Both the position numbers and the translations under genes were made by a program. A stretch of 64,000 bases of DNA from positions 1 through 64,000 of IMG/VR virus record IMGVR_UViG_3300029258_003221. One strand, given 5' to 3'. This document shows, piece after piece, positions 55,283-64,000 of the stretch. The notes under the pieces were generated by a model that was not told where the DNA came from, made no database searches, and saw only the letters and a program-made list of their open reading frames with translations. The number at the start of each line of letters is the position of its first letter. The first letter of the stretch is position 1.

Positions 55283-55284
55283 AT

Positions 55285-55713
55285 ATGACAGATGAAGAAT
55301 TAATTAACATGCTTCAAAATGATTTGAAGAACGAACGGAAGCATCTTGCTTTCTACACACAAGCTGCTGTTAGAATCAGAGGGCCTCATCGTGAAGAGCT
55401 TCGGGAGTTTTGCGAAACAGAGGCTAAAGGTGAACTACAGCATGTGACGGAGTTTTCAGAGCTTATTGTTCATTTGGGCGGCGATCCGGGAACTGATGTG
55501 AATCATTTTCCTAGTTTGAAAACTCCACGTGATATTCTGAATTACATTGTCAAGATGGAAGAAGAGGTTGCTGAAAATTACGCTCAGCGACTTAAACAAA
55601 CAGAAGATATGGAGAATGCCAACACGGCGTATGTTCATCTCTTCTATGAAGATCAACTTCAGGATTCTTGGAAGACTGCAAAAGAAGTCAAAGAAATGAC
55701 TTGGATTGTTTAA
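55285..55713 (+). CDS. Ferritin-like (bacterioferritin/Dps-type) diiron protein
   Basis: E..E...Y, ELQH, KMEEEVAENY, EDQLQDS carboxylate pattern. Confidence 0.75.
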   Translation: MTDEELINMLQNDLKNERKHLAFYTQAAVRIRGPHREELREFCETEAKGELQHVTEFSELIVHLGGDPGTDVNHFPSLKTPRDILNYIVKMEEEVAENYAQRLKQTEDMENANTAYVHLFYEDQLQDSWKTAKEVKEMTWIV

Positions 55714-55729
55714 TCAAAGAGAGTGAAAG

Positions 55730-56002
55730 ATGGCTTTTGTTGTTACTGAACCTTGCTTCAACTGCAAGTACACGGATTGCGTTACGGTTTGCCCTGTAGA
55801 TTGTTTCTATGAGGGAGAAAGTATTCTGTTCATCAACCCGAATGAATGCATTGATTGTCACAATTGCGTTCCCGAATGTCCGGTCGAGGCGATCTTCCCA
55901 GAAGATGAAGTGCCTGATGAATGGAAAGATTACATTCAGTTAAATGCTGAGATGGCACCTAAGTGCCCAAACATCACTGAGAAAAAAGACCCACTTTGTT
56001 GA
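55730..56002 (+). CDS. fdxA: 7Fe/2x[4Fe-4S] ferredoxin
   Basis: [18 protein letters not shown]...[16 protein letters not shown]. Confidence 0.95.
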   Translation: MAFVVTEPCFNCKYTDCVTVCPVDCFYEGESILFINPNECIDCHNCVPECPVEAIFPEDEVPDEWKDYIQLNAEMAPKCPNITEKKDPLC

Positions 56003-56015
56003 AGGGAGCAAAGTC

Positions 56016-56573
56016 ATTCCTACCGAGCACGAATACAAATATGTGGTCTCACTGGACATTGCTGAAAAGTATGACCACAAATCGCTAAAGTCTATGAGCG
56101 ATGCTGTTCAAAATATCAAACAGGGTTATCTTGCTTTCTCAAAGGGCATGACACTTCGTGTTCGTTCTATCTCAGATGTCAAACGACAGAAGTGGTATAT
56201 GACTTTCAAGCAAAAAGTCAACAATCGGGTCATAGAGATTGAGAAGAAACTTGATGCCCGTGATGGCGTTGATCTTTGGGAGGTTTGTGTAGGTCGTTTG
56301 ACTAAGAATCGTTACATCATAGATGTGGATGGTTTGACATGGGAACTGGATTACTTCTGGAAAGGCCATCATTTGTATTTCATACAAGCTGAGGTCGAAC
56401 TGGATGAGGGTGCTCCTCGTCCTAAGAAGTTGCCAGATTTTCTTAATGACTACATTCTTTATGAAGTGCCCTTGACAGATGATAGGTTTTCTAATAAAAG
56501 ATTAGGAGACGCTGAATACGCCAATCGGCTTTACAAAAAACTTGAGGAGAAAAAGAAAAATGGCAAAGCGTAA
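56016..56573 (+). CDS. CYTH-domain triphosphatase, probable ATT start
   Basis: EHEYKY (ExExK), LRVR, IEIE, WELDYF, AEVEL; AAGGGAG RBS 7 nt before ATT 56016. Confidence 0.85.
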   Translation: MPTEHEYKYVVSLDIAEKYDHKSLKSMSDAVQNIKQGYLAFSKGMTLRVRSISDVKRQKWYMTFKQKVNNRVIEIEKKLDARDGVDLWEVCVGRLTKNRYIIDVDGLTWELDYFWKGHHLYFIQAEVELDEGAPRPKKLPDFLNDYILYEVPLTDDRFSNKRLGDAEYANRLYKKLEEKKKNGKA

Positions 56574-56883
56574 AAGGAATTACGATATTATTTACAGAAA
56601 ACCGGCTGCTAAGTTTTTCTACAAAGGAACACACAGTCATCCCGTTCGACGAACCGTATTGATTGTTGAAGACAATCCAGAATTTATTGTTGGCTATGAA
56701 CTGCGTGCTGGGAACACAGTGCGTTCAATGAAGGATGCTCCTGTTCACACTTATCGCAAGGACAGAATTGCACGTTATGGTGATTACTCAAGGCTGGAGC
56801 AACATATGCCAGCCGGGAAAACAGAACGAAGCACGACGCTCCGTCGAATGGATTTGCTGGAGTACGTCAAAGAAGGAACATAA
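56560..56883 (+). CDS. WYL-like/SH3-barrel hypothetical protein
   Basis: FFYKG...RRTV...VGYEL...TYRKDRI. Confidence 0.5.
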   Translation: MAKRKRNYDIIYRKPAAKFFYKGTHSHPVRRTVLIVEDNPEFIVGYELRAGNTVRSMKDAPVHTYRKDRIARYGDYSRLEQHMPAGKTERSTTLRRMDLLEYVKEGT

Positions 56884-56904
56884 TTGTTCTTTTGAGCTTT
56901 GCTA

Positions 56905-56945
56905 AAAGAAAAAAAAACCGTAAGATTTCTTACGGTTCTTTTTTT
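56905..56945. terminator. Bidirectional terminator between convergent genes
   Basis: A-run, aaccgtaaga-tt-tcttacggtt, T-run. Confidence 0.85.
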
Positions 56946-57151
56946 GTACTCATTTGATCAAATAGAGTTTCCAGATCGTTTCTTTCTCGTGCTGACAATT
57001 TGCTGTATGTTATTTTAACAACAGGCTTAGGTTTATCGCATTGGTCACTGTGATGTTTTATCACAGTGACCGTGTACGAAGGGATATTGTGAAAAACGCA
57101 TTTTTCCCAATTCCAAATATCCATCTTACATAAAGAATACCCAGAAACCAA
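56930..57151 (-). CDS. Hypothetical protein
   Basis: ORF track. Confidence 0.35.
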   Translation of the reverse strand: MVSGYSLCKMDIWNWEKCVFHNIPSYTVTVIKHHSDQCDKPKPVVKITYSKLSARERNDLETLFDQMSTKKEP

Positions 57152-57773
57152 ATGCCAACTGAAGCATAATCAGAACAGCCAATACCATGTTGACAACTGA
57201 GTCCGTGCCTCCAGATTTAGTTTCGCCTTCTTTAACTCTTTGTTGAACCTGAGCAGCCGCAGACATGATTGGCTGATGCATGTGCATGGCGTGATCATCT
57301 TCTTCGCTGAAATCGATATTTTCCATCATGGTTTGAATACCGGTAACAACAGCTTCAGAGATAGCTGGGCCAAGTTCAGGGCAGAGTTCTTGTTTTGTAA
57401 CATACTGCTTGTTGTCAGTAGCATAGTGTTCTGCAATGCCAAGGTGCTCTCGCATCTGGAGACGTGTTTCTGGCTCAAGTGATCTCACTTCAACTTCAAC
57501 GATCTCCCCATCCCTGACATGTTCCACTCGCTCTTCAGCAAGCACATTCTTGTGTTTTTGAACGATTCTTTTTTCAAGATGGAGTGGTCTTTTTTCTTCA
57601 GCAAAAATCTCAACAACTTTATCACCATCATCGTTAAATGACGTGTGACGTTCAGCCATACGACCATCAAATGTAGTTTGTTCGATATCTACAGAATTTG
57701 AGTAATCTTCGCAGCAGCAACAGTGCCTGTTGCCATGACCATCCGACATCGTTCTTTTATCAACGTTAGCCAA
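57126..57773 (-). CDS. Hypothetical protein with a C-terminal TM
   Basis: AGGAGG RBS before TTG. Confidence 0.65.
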   Translation of the reverse strand: MANVDKRTMSDGHGNRHCCCCEDYSNSVDIEQTTFDGRMAERHTSFNDDGDKVVEIFAEEKRPLHLEKRIVQKHKNVLAEERVEHVRDGEIVEVEVRSLEPETRLQMREHLGIAEHYATDNKQYVTKQELCPELGPAISEAVVTGIQTMMENIDFSEEDDHAMHMHQPIMSAAAQVQQRVKEGETKSGGTDSVVNMVLAVLIMLQLAFGFWVFFM

Positions 57774-57856
57774 AATGACCTCCTTAACTTAAGCGTCCTT
57801 GAATAGACAAGCAATCGTAAAAATATGTAGTCATCATAATAAAGATTTTTGGAACT

Positions 57857-58399
57857 TCAGATGCCCCACTTATCTCTAAGACGCTCTAAATATTCTCCTA
57901 CTTTTTTCATCTTTTGCTCTTTGCGAGCTTCTTTTTCAGCTTTCTTGTGAGCTTTTCTTATTTGAACAGCCTCTTCGTGAAGTTTTTCAATTCTGTCTTC
58001 CCATTCCGGGAATGGATTATATCTTTCTAAATCCCCAGCAATTTCCACAAAAACTTCATATCCTTTGAAAGTAACTGTCAGACGTTTTTCGTGATCAATG
58101 TACTTAATTTCCAAATGAATGCCTCTATTTAAGCCATCGAACATCCAGCCAACTTCATAAAGCCCACCACTTTCTGCATCAAATACAGGAATTTCATTCA
58201 TGATTTGTTCATTGCCGAAAGAGTCCATTGGCACTTCATAGGGATCTTCCCACAGAGGTTCTGATTCAGAACTGTGAAAAGTTATTGGGCTTCCTAAAAA
58301 TTTACAGATAACTCCGAGTTTCCCACCCGGACCCATTAAATTTTTTCTTGTTGCTTCTATGGTCCTTCTTTCTTTGACCATAGATTCCTTGGAATCCAT
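57857..58399 (-). CDS. Hypothetical protein
   Basis: AGGAGG RBS; start refined. Confidence 0.65.
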   Translation of the reverse strand: MDSKESMVKERRTIEATRKNLMGPGGKLGVICKFLGSPITFHSSESEPLWEDPYEVPMDSFGNEQIMNEIPVFDAESGGLYEVGWMFDGLNRGIHLEIKYIDHEKRLTVTFKGYEVFVEIAGDLERYNPFPEWEDRIEKLHEEAVQIRKAHKKAEKEARKEQKMKKVGEYLERLRDKWGI

Positions 58400-58445
58400 T
58401 TTCCCTCCTGAATTGTTACTCCTATATATTAGTGAAGGAGGGGCT

Positions 58446-59927
58446 ATGTTCAAAAAACTCAAATCAATGTTTTCAAGTTGTTTTAACTTCTACGAAACAG
58501 GCACAGAAATGGAAACCAGTGCCAGACGACGTTGGAGAATTAAAAAGAAACAAGTTAAATCTGGACCTGTTACAAAAGATAAAGAAATAGAATATCTGAT
58601 CAATGATCGTTCAACGCCTGATTTGGTTAAGATGGTTATGCCACCTGAGCCTTACAATCTTTTGAATTATTCAGTTCATCAATACAAAGGTGGTGGTTTC
58701 CCATCTGATTCAGATGAAGGGCGTGCTGCAAATGTGTATGTGACGGTTACAAACTGTTTGAACATGATGCGTAAGTATTCTAACAAACCTTTAGTGCGAT
58801 GGGCTGGCACAAAAGACCTTGCTGTTCTTCCTATGGCGGGAACTGATTTCAATGCATTTTACAATCGTAAATCAATGCAGTTTTTCTTTTCTTATGACCC
58901 TGTTGCAAAGGTGCCAATTTTCACATCAGAATCTGCTGACATTGTTGCTCACGAATTGGGCCATGCTATTCTTGATTCATTCCGACCTGACACATGGGGA
59001 GTTGCATCTCTTGAAGTTTGGTCTTTCCACGAAGCTTTTGCAGATCTAACAGCATTACTGTCAATCATGCAACACGATGAAATTCTCAAATATGTTCTTG
59101 CTGAAACCAAAGGCAACATAAGAATGGAAAGTGTTATGACTCGTTTAGCGGAAAGTATGGGACGAGCAATTTACAACATTACAGGTGGTCAGGGCGGTCG
59201 TCCAAAGAATCATCTTCGATCAACAATCAACAACTTTAAATACGTCAATCCGGGAACGCTCCCAAAACAAGCTCCTCACAACAAACTTGCCGCAGAATGT
59301 CACAGCTTTGGTCGTGTTTTTCTAGGTGCTTTTTATGATATTATGGAAATGATGTATCATGAAAATGTCGCACAGGGCAAAAGTCAGTTGAAGGCTCTTA
59401 AAGAAGCAAGAGATACTTTGGGCAAATATGTCTTCAAGGCAATTATGCATGTTCCAGTGAATGTCAAATTCTATGAATCATTTGCTAAAACAATGTTGTG
59501 GGTTGATCACAATCAACCAAACCGACCTTATTTTGAAAAGATGCGAGAAATTTTCCTTGATCGAAATTTGATGAAGCCTCAAATTCGCATGTTGAGTGCT
59601 CCTCCTGTTGATGAAGATGGAGACGGCATTGTGGCTTTGGGAAGTCAAGTTCCAATGACTTTGTCTCATCACATCATTCGAGCACAGGGACAAGATGAAA
59701 ACCCACTTTATGACGTAGAACTCGTTGCTGCCAAAGAAGGTGCATTTTTCTATGATCAAAATACTGGAAGTGCAATTGATCACGTCAGTGTTTCTGACGA
59801 AGATGTTCTTAGTGCTCTTCAGGATATGATTGTTTTTCTGCACGAAACTGGTGCAGTAAGTGATGATGAGTCTACGCCTTTTGAGATTAAAGATGGAAAA
59901 TTAGAGAGGACTCATTTTTCATGGTAG
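58446..59927 (+). CDS. Zinc metallopeptidase (thermolysin M4/M36-like)
   Basis: FNAFY, VAHELGHAILD (HExxH), FHEAFAD; start refined. Confidence 0.88.
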   Translation: MFKKLKSMFSSCFNFYETGTEMETSARRRWRIKKKQVKSGPVTKDKEIEYLINDRSTPDLVKMVMPPEPYNLLNYSVHQYKGGGFPSDSDEGRAANVYVTVTNCLNMMRKYSNKPLVRWAGTKDLAVLPMAGTDFNAFYNRKSMQFFFSYDPVAKVPIFTSESADIVAHELGHAILDSFRPDTWGVASLEVWSFHEAFADLTALLSIMQHDEILKYVLAETKGNIRMESVMTRLAESMGRAIYNITGGQGGRPKNHLRSTINNFKYVNPGTLPKQAPHNKLAAECHSFGRVFLGAFYDIMEMMYHENVAQGKSQLKALKEARDTLGKYVFKAIMHVPVNVKFYESFAKTMLWVDHNQPNRPYFEKMREIFLDRNLMKPQIRMLSAPPVDEDGDGIVALGSQVPMTLSHHIIRAQGQDENPLYDVELVAAKEGAFFYDQNTGSAIDHVSVSDEDVLSALQDMIVFLHETGAVSDDESTPFEIKDGKLERTHFSW

Positions 59928-60106
59928 ATTTGTCTAAGATATCCAATGTCATGGCTTACAGCCTGCCTTTGAAACCCAAAGGCTCGCCTGAGTATCAAAA
60001 AGACTACAAACCGGAGAATCATGCGGGTTGTGGCTGTAAGCCCAAAACTGTGACTACTCCTAAGAACGTTTGTCGATGTGCAGCAATTCGGTACAAAATT
60101 ATCTAA
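59921..60106 (+). CDS. Small Cys-containing protein
   Basis: ORF track; overlaps the upstream stop. Confidence 0.45.
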   Translation: MVDLSKISNVMAYSLPLKPKGSPEYQKDYKPENHAGCGCKPKTVTTPKNVCRCAAIRYKII

Positions 60107-60207
60107 TTTGCTCTGGACATTAAAAATTGTTTTTTGTAAGAAACTCTCAATGGATTATTCAGGGCAAGAGCTAATATACTCTTGCCTCTTTTTTCAAGGA
60201 GAGAATC

Positions 60208-60489
60208 ATGGTTGAGCGTTATGGGGAAGATTTTTTCCCGGAAGATATTCTTAGTGTTTATGACTCGGTTGACGAGGAAAATCCATATTACGACGACGAC
60301 GACGATGACGATGATTACCAATCAAATAATGATTGGTATGATGACGATGATGAAATTTACGATGACATCGATGAAGAAGACGAATGGTACAATGAAGACG
60401 ATGATGAATGGGATGACGATGATGACGACGAATGGTACGATGACGATGATGATTTAGACGATGACTTGTATGATGAGGACTATGAATGA
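60208..60489 (+). CDS. Extremely Asp-rich low-complexity protein
   Basis: AAGGAG RBS; D-runs punctuated by WY/YD. Confidence 0.7.
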   Translation: MVERYGEDFFPEDILSVYDSVDEENPYYDDDDDDDDYQSNNDWYDDDDEIYDDIDEEDEWYNEDDDEWDDDDDDEWYDDDDDLDDDLYDEDYE

Positions 60490-60851
60490 CAGCAATATTT
60501 TTGTTTCGATTCGTGGTGGTAATCCACATGTTAGTTTGCATAGGAAACGTAACTTGTTTCTTTTTGCTTCCTTTTGTTGAGCCCCCATGGATAGCATTGC
60601 CTTGTTGCACGTTGATATTCTTTCTTACTTTTCAAAAAGAGGTGACATGTCCTATGACTCGTTTTGAAAATAAGTTGAGACGCCAACTGGGAATGCGGGA
60701 AATTCGTGGCTTTATAGGCCACTACATGATTTGGCCGATTAAAAGAAGAATTCGGGATCGAAAAAGAGCGAAACTATATCCGCCAATTAAGGCAACAATG
60801 TTTCAGGGTTTGCAACTCAACTCTTCTTCATCTTCTTCTTCATCCCTTTAG
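60486..60851 (+). CDS. DUF2784-like membrane protein
   Basis: VVVIHML...CPMTRFENKLR...G; ATGA overlap. Confidence 0.65.
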   Translation: MTAIFLFRFVVVIHMLVCIGNVTCFFLLPFVEPPWIALPCCTLIFFLTFQKEVTCPMTRFENKLRRQLGMREIRGFIGHYMIWPIKRRIRDRKRAKLYPPIKATMFQGLQLNSSSSSSSSL

Positions 60852-61065
60852 ACATGTGCCTTCGCTGGTAATATTTGGCATCAGGGCTTTTTCGACCATA
60901 GACAGGTGGATTCTCATTATTATTGTGATGAGGAAACGCTCCAGCTCCTTTTTTAGCTATTTCTTTACTGTCACGTTCGACACTTCCCACGGATGAATCC
61001 ATGGTGCCACCACCACCCGGACCAGCAAGACTCTCTATCATCTGAAACCACTTTTTGAATGTCAT
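60817..61065 (-). CDS. Small protein with a capsid-targeting-like N-terminus
   Basis: Start refined: MTFKKWFQMIES. Confidence 0.55.
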   Translation of the reverse strand: MTFKKWFQMIESLAGPGGGGTMDSSVGSVERDSKEIAKKGAGAFPHHNNNENPPVYGRKSPDAKYYQRRHMSKGMKKKMKKS

Positions 61066-61105
61066 AACACTAATATATACCAAACCAGCTTTGGAAAAGG
61101 TAAAC

Positions 61106-61624
61106 ATGAGCGATAATAATTGGAATGGCATCATGAAGGTGCTCTGGATCAAGCAGGAAAGAGATGGCGAAGTCATCTATGAACAAAATAACATTCGCAA
61201 TCTTTTACACACAGATGGTGAATCTTTCATTTTGAGAGCAGTTTTTACTGGTGGTCAGGTCAGTTCTGTGATTCCCACGAACTATTATCTGGGATTAGAT
61301 AACAGATCAGAAATTGTAGCAGCAAACACTTTAAGTAGTCTTGTTGCTGAACCAACTGGTGATGGCTATGTTCGACAAGCTGTAGCTTCTGCTGGGGATT
61401 TTGTGGTGACTCTTGAAGGTGTAAATTACCGAGCAACAAGTCCAATTGTTGCATTTCGTGCAGAAGGTGGTAGCTGGGGACCAGTCCAGAATATTTTTCT
61501 AACAGATAGTGCCACCACATCAGGCACATTAATATCTTCTGCTCAATTAGATACAGCAGTGACTGTTGCCGATGGGGATCAAGTTACCATGAGAATTGGC
61601 TTGGTGTTGAAAGATTGTCCATAA
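61106..61624 (+). CDS. Tail-associated structural protein
   Basis: YYLGL...EPTGDGYVRQAV...F.A.GGSWG...GTLISSA.L...TVADGDQ pattern of phage tail-fibre-associated proteins. Confidence 0.65.
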   Translation: MSDNNWNGIMKVLWIKQERDGEVIYEQNNIRNLLHTDGESFILRAVFTGGQVSSVIPTNYYLGLDNRSEIVAANTLSSLVAEPTGDGYVRQAVASAGDFVVTLEGVNYRATSPIVAFRAEGGSWGPVQNIFLTDSATTSGTLISSAQLDTAVTVADGDQVTMRIGLVLKDCP

Positions 61625-61625
61625 A

Positions 61626-62114
61626 TCATCTTTCAGATTCAGATATTTCACCAATGTCAATATAATGCATGATTCTTAAGAAATCATCATTTTGTTTAAC
61701 TTTATTTTGCTCTCTATAATTCAAACGCTTAGAGCCTCCGTCCTCAATGTCCAAAAGAGATTTTGAGGAAATTTCAGATACAAATAAAGAATAATAATCA
61801 TCTCTTTGAGATTGATCCATATCTCTCCATTCTTTGTCGCTGATTCTTTTTGGCTCACTGCCTGCCCTGTTTGGCAGCGTAATTTCATATCCGTCTGCTA
61901 ATATCTTGACGGGATGCATTTTTTGATTGTTTTTGAGGTGATATTTGCAAAATATTTCCTTTGCTGGTTCGGATGTTGCTTTTCCCATGAACCATACTGG
62001 CACAGACACTCCTACAACTTCTACGGACTTTCCGTTGTGAAGATCATATCTTTGATCACGTGTCAGACGAATGTTGTGATGAATTGTTAGTGAAAGCATT
62101 TGTTTTGTGTTCAT
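61626..62114 (-). CDS. Hypothetical protein
   Basis: ORF track. Confidence 0.6.
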   Translation of the reverse strand: MNTKQMLSLTIHHNIRLTRDQRYDLHNGKSVEVVGVSVPVWFMGKATSEPAKEIFCKYHLKNNQKMHPVKILADGYEITLPNRAGSEPKRISDKEWRDMDQSQRDDYYSLFVSEISSKSLLDIEDGGSKRLNYREQNKVKQNDDFLRIMHYIDIGEISESER

Positions 62115-62146
62115 ACATACCTTTAGGTCTTAACTGGAGTGTAACC

Positions 62147-63106
62147 ATGCAAGGAATTCGTGTAAAGTACATTTTGTATCCGATGTCAATCATAATGAGC
62201 ATAGTCATGTTAATTGGCATCAGTATAAGAGTGCAAAGAGCAAACGTTCTGGAAATATCTGTTGATAACTCTAATCCAGAATTGACGATGCCTATCGTTG
62301 AAAATGACCCTTATGCACACTTGGCTGCAAATGTAGCTCCTGTTCCCAAAAGAGGAATTGAGTATCGAAAATGGTTGCAGGCTTCTGTTAGAATTCGAGT
62401 ATCTTATGCATCAGGTTCAGGCACTATTGTCTATTACGATGATAAAACAGGTTGGGCATACATTCAGACATGTGGCCATCTTTGGGGTGGCATGAAAAGC
62501 AACATGTCAGCCGAAGAAGGTAAACGAAGAAAAGAAAAATGTCGTATCAATGTTTTTTATCACAACGAAAAGAAACTTGATCAACCAAAAACATACAGTG
62601 CAGATGTGTTGTATTACAATAACAGAGGTGGTCCCGGTGGTGGACACGATTGTGCGTTAATTCGATTTAAGCCCGATTGGAAACCAAATTATTTTCCTAT
62701 TGCACCTTCAGATTATCGATATAAACCGGGCTCAATGTTACATTCAACTGGATGCGATGGCGCAACAGAAGCTGCACATTATGATGTGCGTGTCATTGGG
62801 TTTTCTAATTCTTCTCAGTTTCCAAGTTTGGTCACTACAGAAAACAGTCCAAGACCCGGACGTTCGGGTGGAGGATTGATGAATGACAGTTATTTTGTGG
62901 CTATTTGCTGGGGCACTTCAGATCGTTCTGGTAATGGTAACGGGTTCTTTACACCATTGAGTACAGTACGATATTACAACGAAAAAAATGGATTTGGTTG
63001 GCTTAATGATGTTGGAAGTAGTTTGGCAAGACAAATCCCAATTAAAGACAGAAACAACCCTCAAAGAAGGTATGAACCAGATTACATTCCATTGCCGGGA
63101 CGTTAA
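62147..63106 (+). CDS. Membrane-anchored trypsin-like serine protease
   Basis: TM; TCGHL (His), HDCALI (Asp), GRSGGG (Ser); start refined. Confidence 0.88.
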   Translation: MQGIRVKYILYPMSIIMSIVMLIGISIRVQRANVLEISVDNSNPELTMPIVENDPYAHLAANVAPVPKRGIEYRKWLQASVRIRVSYASGSGTIVYYDDKTGWAYIQTCGHLWGGMKSNMSAEEGKRRKEKCRINVFYHNEKKLDQPKTYSADVLYYNNRGGPGGGHDCALIRFKPDWKPNYFPIAPSDYRYKPGSMLHSTGCDGATEAAHYDVRVIGFSNSSQFPSLVTTENSPRPGRSGGGLMNDSYFVAICWGTSDRSGNGNGFFTPLSTVRYYNEKNGFGWLNDVGSSLARQIPIKDRNNPQRRYEPDYIPLPGR

Positions 63107-63468
63107 ACGTTGTCTCTCCAAGCTTTACCGAGTTCGCCGATGTGATCAGAATGTACAACAGTATCAAAATCCTGTTGTGCTAGTTGGAGCAATTGTCTCG
63201 CATATCCTTGTCGCCTAACATCTGGCATTGTGTAAACATTGGCAATTTGGGCATTAGTTCCATCTCTTGATACAACCTGAAGGGCACTAACAGCCTGCCC
63301 ATCAACCATGTAAATGTATCGATAAGAACCATGCGGTGAGACATACTTCACCGCACCATTCTTAGTGTCACCGCCCAAATTTTCTTCTGGGCCAATCTGA
63401 CTGGTTTGACCTGCTGGACTCAGAAGGTATTGCAGCATTTCATTTTCTAACCAAAGTTTAAACTTCAT
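63103..63468 (-). CDS. GNAT acetyltransferase with a capsid-targeting-like N-terminus
   Basis: IANVYTMPDVRRQGYARQLL; MKFKLWLENE. Confidence 0.85.
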   Translation of the reverse strand: MKFKLWLENEMLQYLLSPAGQTSQIGPEENLGGDTKNGAVKYVSPHGSYRYIYMVDGQAVSALQVVSRDGTNAQIANVYTMPDVRRQGYARQLLQLAQQDFDTVVHSDHIGELGKAWRDNV

Positions 63469-63480
63469 GCCTTATGTATG

Positions 63481-63999
63481 TCACAAGTTACTCATATCTC
63501 CATCCCATCCAGATTGCTGCGTGGAAAGAGGTTTGTAAAAAGGGCATTTGACACGAAAATCACATCTTTTACAGTGATGACCAACATTTCCCCAAACTTT
63601 ATCCGGGTCAGATTGTTCAATTCTTTTGAATGTCTTCAAAAGCTCTTGTTCAACTTTTATTAATGTTGATTCTGTGAAAGTCGCCGCTACTAAACTTCCA
63701 CCATCCACGTAATACAAACCTGCTTTAATGTTTTCAGGTTCAATTTCAAACTCTCGTTGTACCGCTCTTGCATAAACACACAATTGAAGATCCTGTGTGA
63801 TGGTTTTTCTTGTTTTTCTCCATCGACCTTTCTTGGTTGTTTTGTAATCTATGATCCAAGCTTTGTTGCCTTTAATGATCAAGCGGTCGATAAATCCTTT
63901 GACAAAACGTCCGTGAGGAGGATCAAGATCGTAGTAAATCTCATGTTCAACAATCCCATCTGTCCCCATGCTATCCATCAGTTTTTGAATGGATCTCAA
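63481..63999 (-). CDS. PD-(D/E)XK exonuclease (RecB/Cas4-like), 5' end beyond the window
   Basis: GFIDRL, IIDYKT, QLCVY, CKRCDF...CP. Confidence 0.88.
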   Translation of the reverse strand: MRSIQKLMDSMGTDGIVEHEIYYDLDPPHGRFVKGFIDRLIIKGNKAWIIDYKTTKKGRWRKTRKTITQDLQLCVYARAVQREFEIEPENIKAGLYYVDGGSLVAATFTESTLIKVEQELLKTFKRIEQSDPDKVWGNVGHHCKRCDFRVKCPFYKPLSTQQSGWDGDMSNL

Positions 64000-64000
64000 A

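Noticed and set aside
60182-60610. Met/Thr-rich (60182) and His/Arg-rich (60251) ORFs
   Set aside because: Alternative readings of the GAT/GAC repeats; only 60208 has an RBS and coupling
63481-63999. Cas4 / CRISPR adaptation gene
   Set aside because: Generic phage PD-(D/E)XK exonuclease; truncated and with no CRISPR context
1-64000. Genome-wide TAG reassignment (code 15)
   Set aside because: Long genes (gp23, gp20, gp17) are complete in the standard code, and TAG ends several genes cleanly; in-frame TAGs were found only beside the CTA tRNA

Overview
A 64 kb slice of a large T4-like (myovirus/jumbo) phage genome. The host is probably a Planctomycete; this is inferred from protein-family resemblance, not shown directly. 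The minus-strand head/packaging module is recognisable: gp17 terminase, gp20 portal with a 229-aa intein, gp21 protease, gp22 scaffold and gp23 major capsid. It is interspersed with free-standing endonucleases and sugar-nucleotide/glycosyltransferase genes. The rest is accessory: a glycan-modification cluster, five peptidases, host-like metabolic genes (Hsp20, parvulin, PduO, ferritin-like, ferredoxin, CYTH, dCMP deaminase, KdsB) and many small proteins with T4 capsid-targeting-like N-termini. Standout observations: (1) An amber-suppressor tRNA (anticodon CTA) sits between two expanded tRNA-like RNAs. It is bracketed by two genes (Pth2-like peptidyl-tRNA hydrolase and a cupin-like protein) that each carry an in-frame TAG a few codons after their RBS-supported start. 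The genome otherwise uses the standard code, so this looks like a local amber-gated expression switch. (2) A 4.6 kb IS607 element carries cargo between tnpA and tnpB; removing it at its GG cores rebuilds a 78-codon gene. (3) An unannotated 52-aa gene resembles only the N-terminal domain of ribosomal bL12. (4) A KdsB plus CMP-sugar transferase pair lies inside the head module. All assignments come from reading sequence and motifs by eye; no searches were run.
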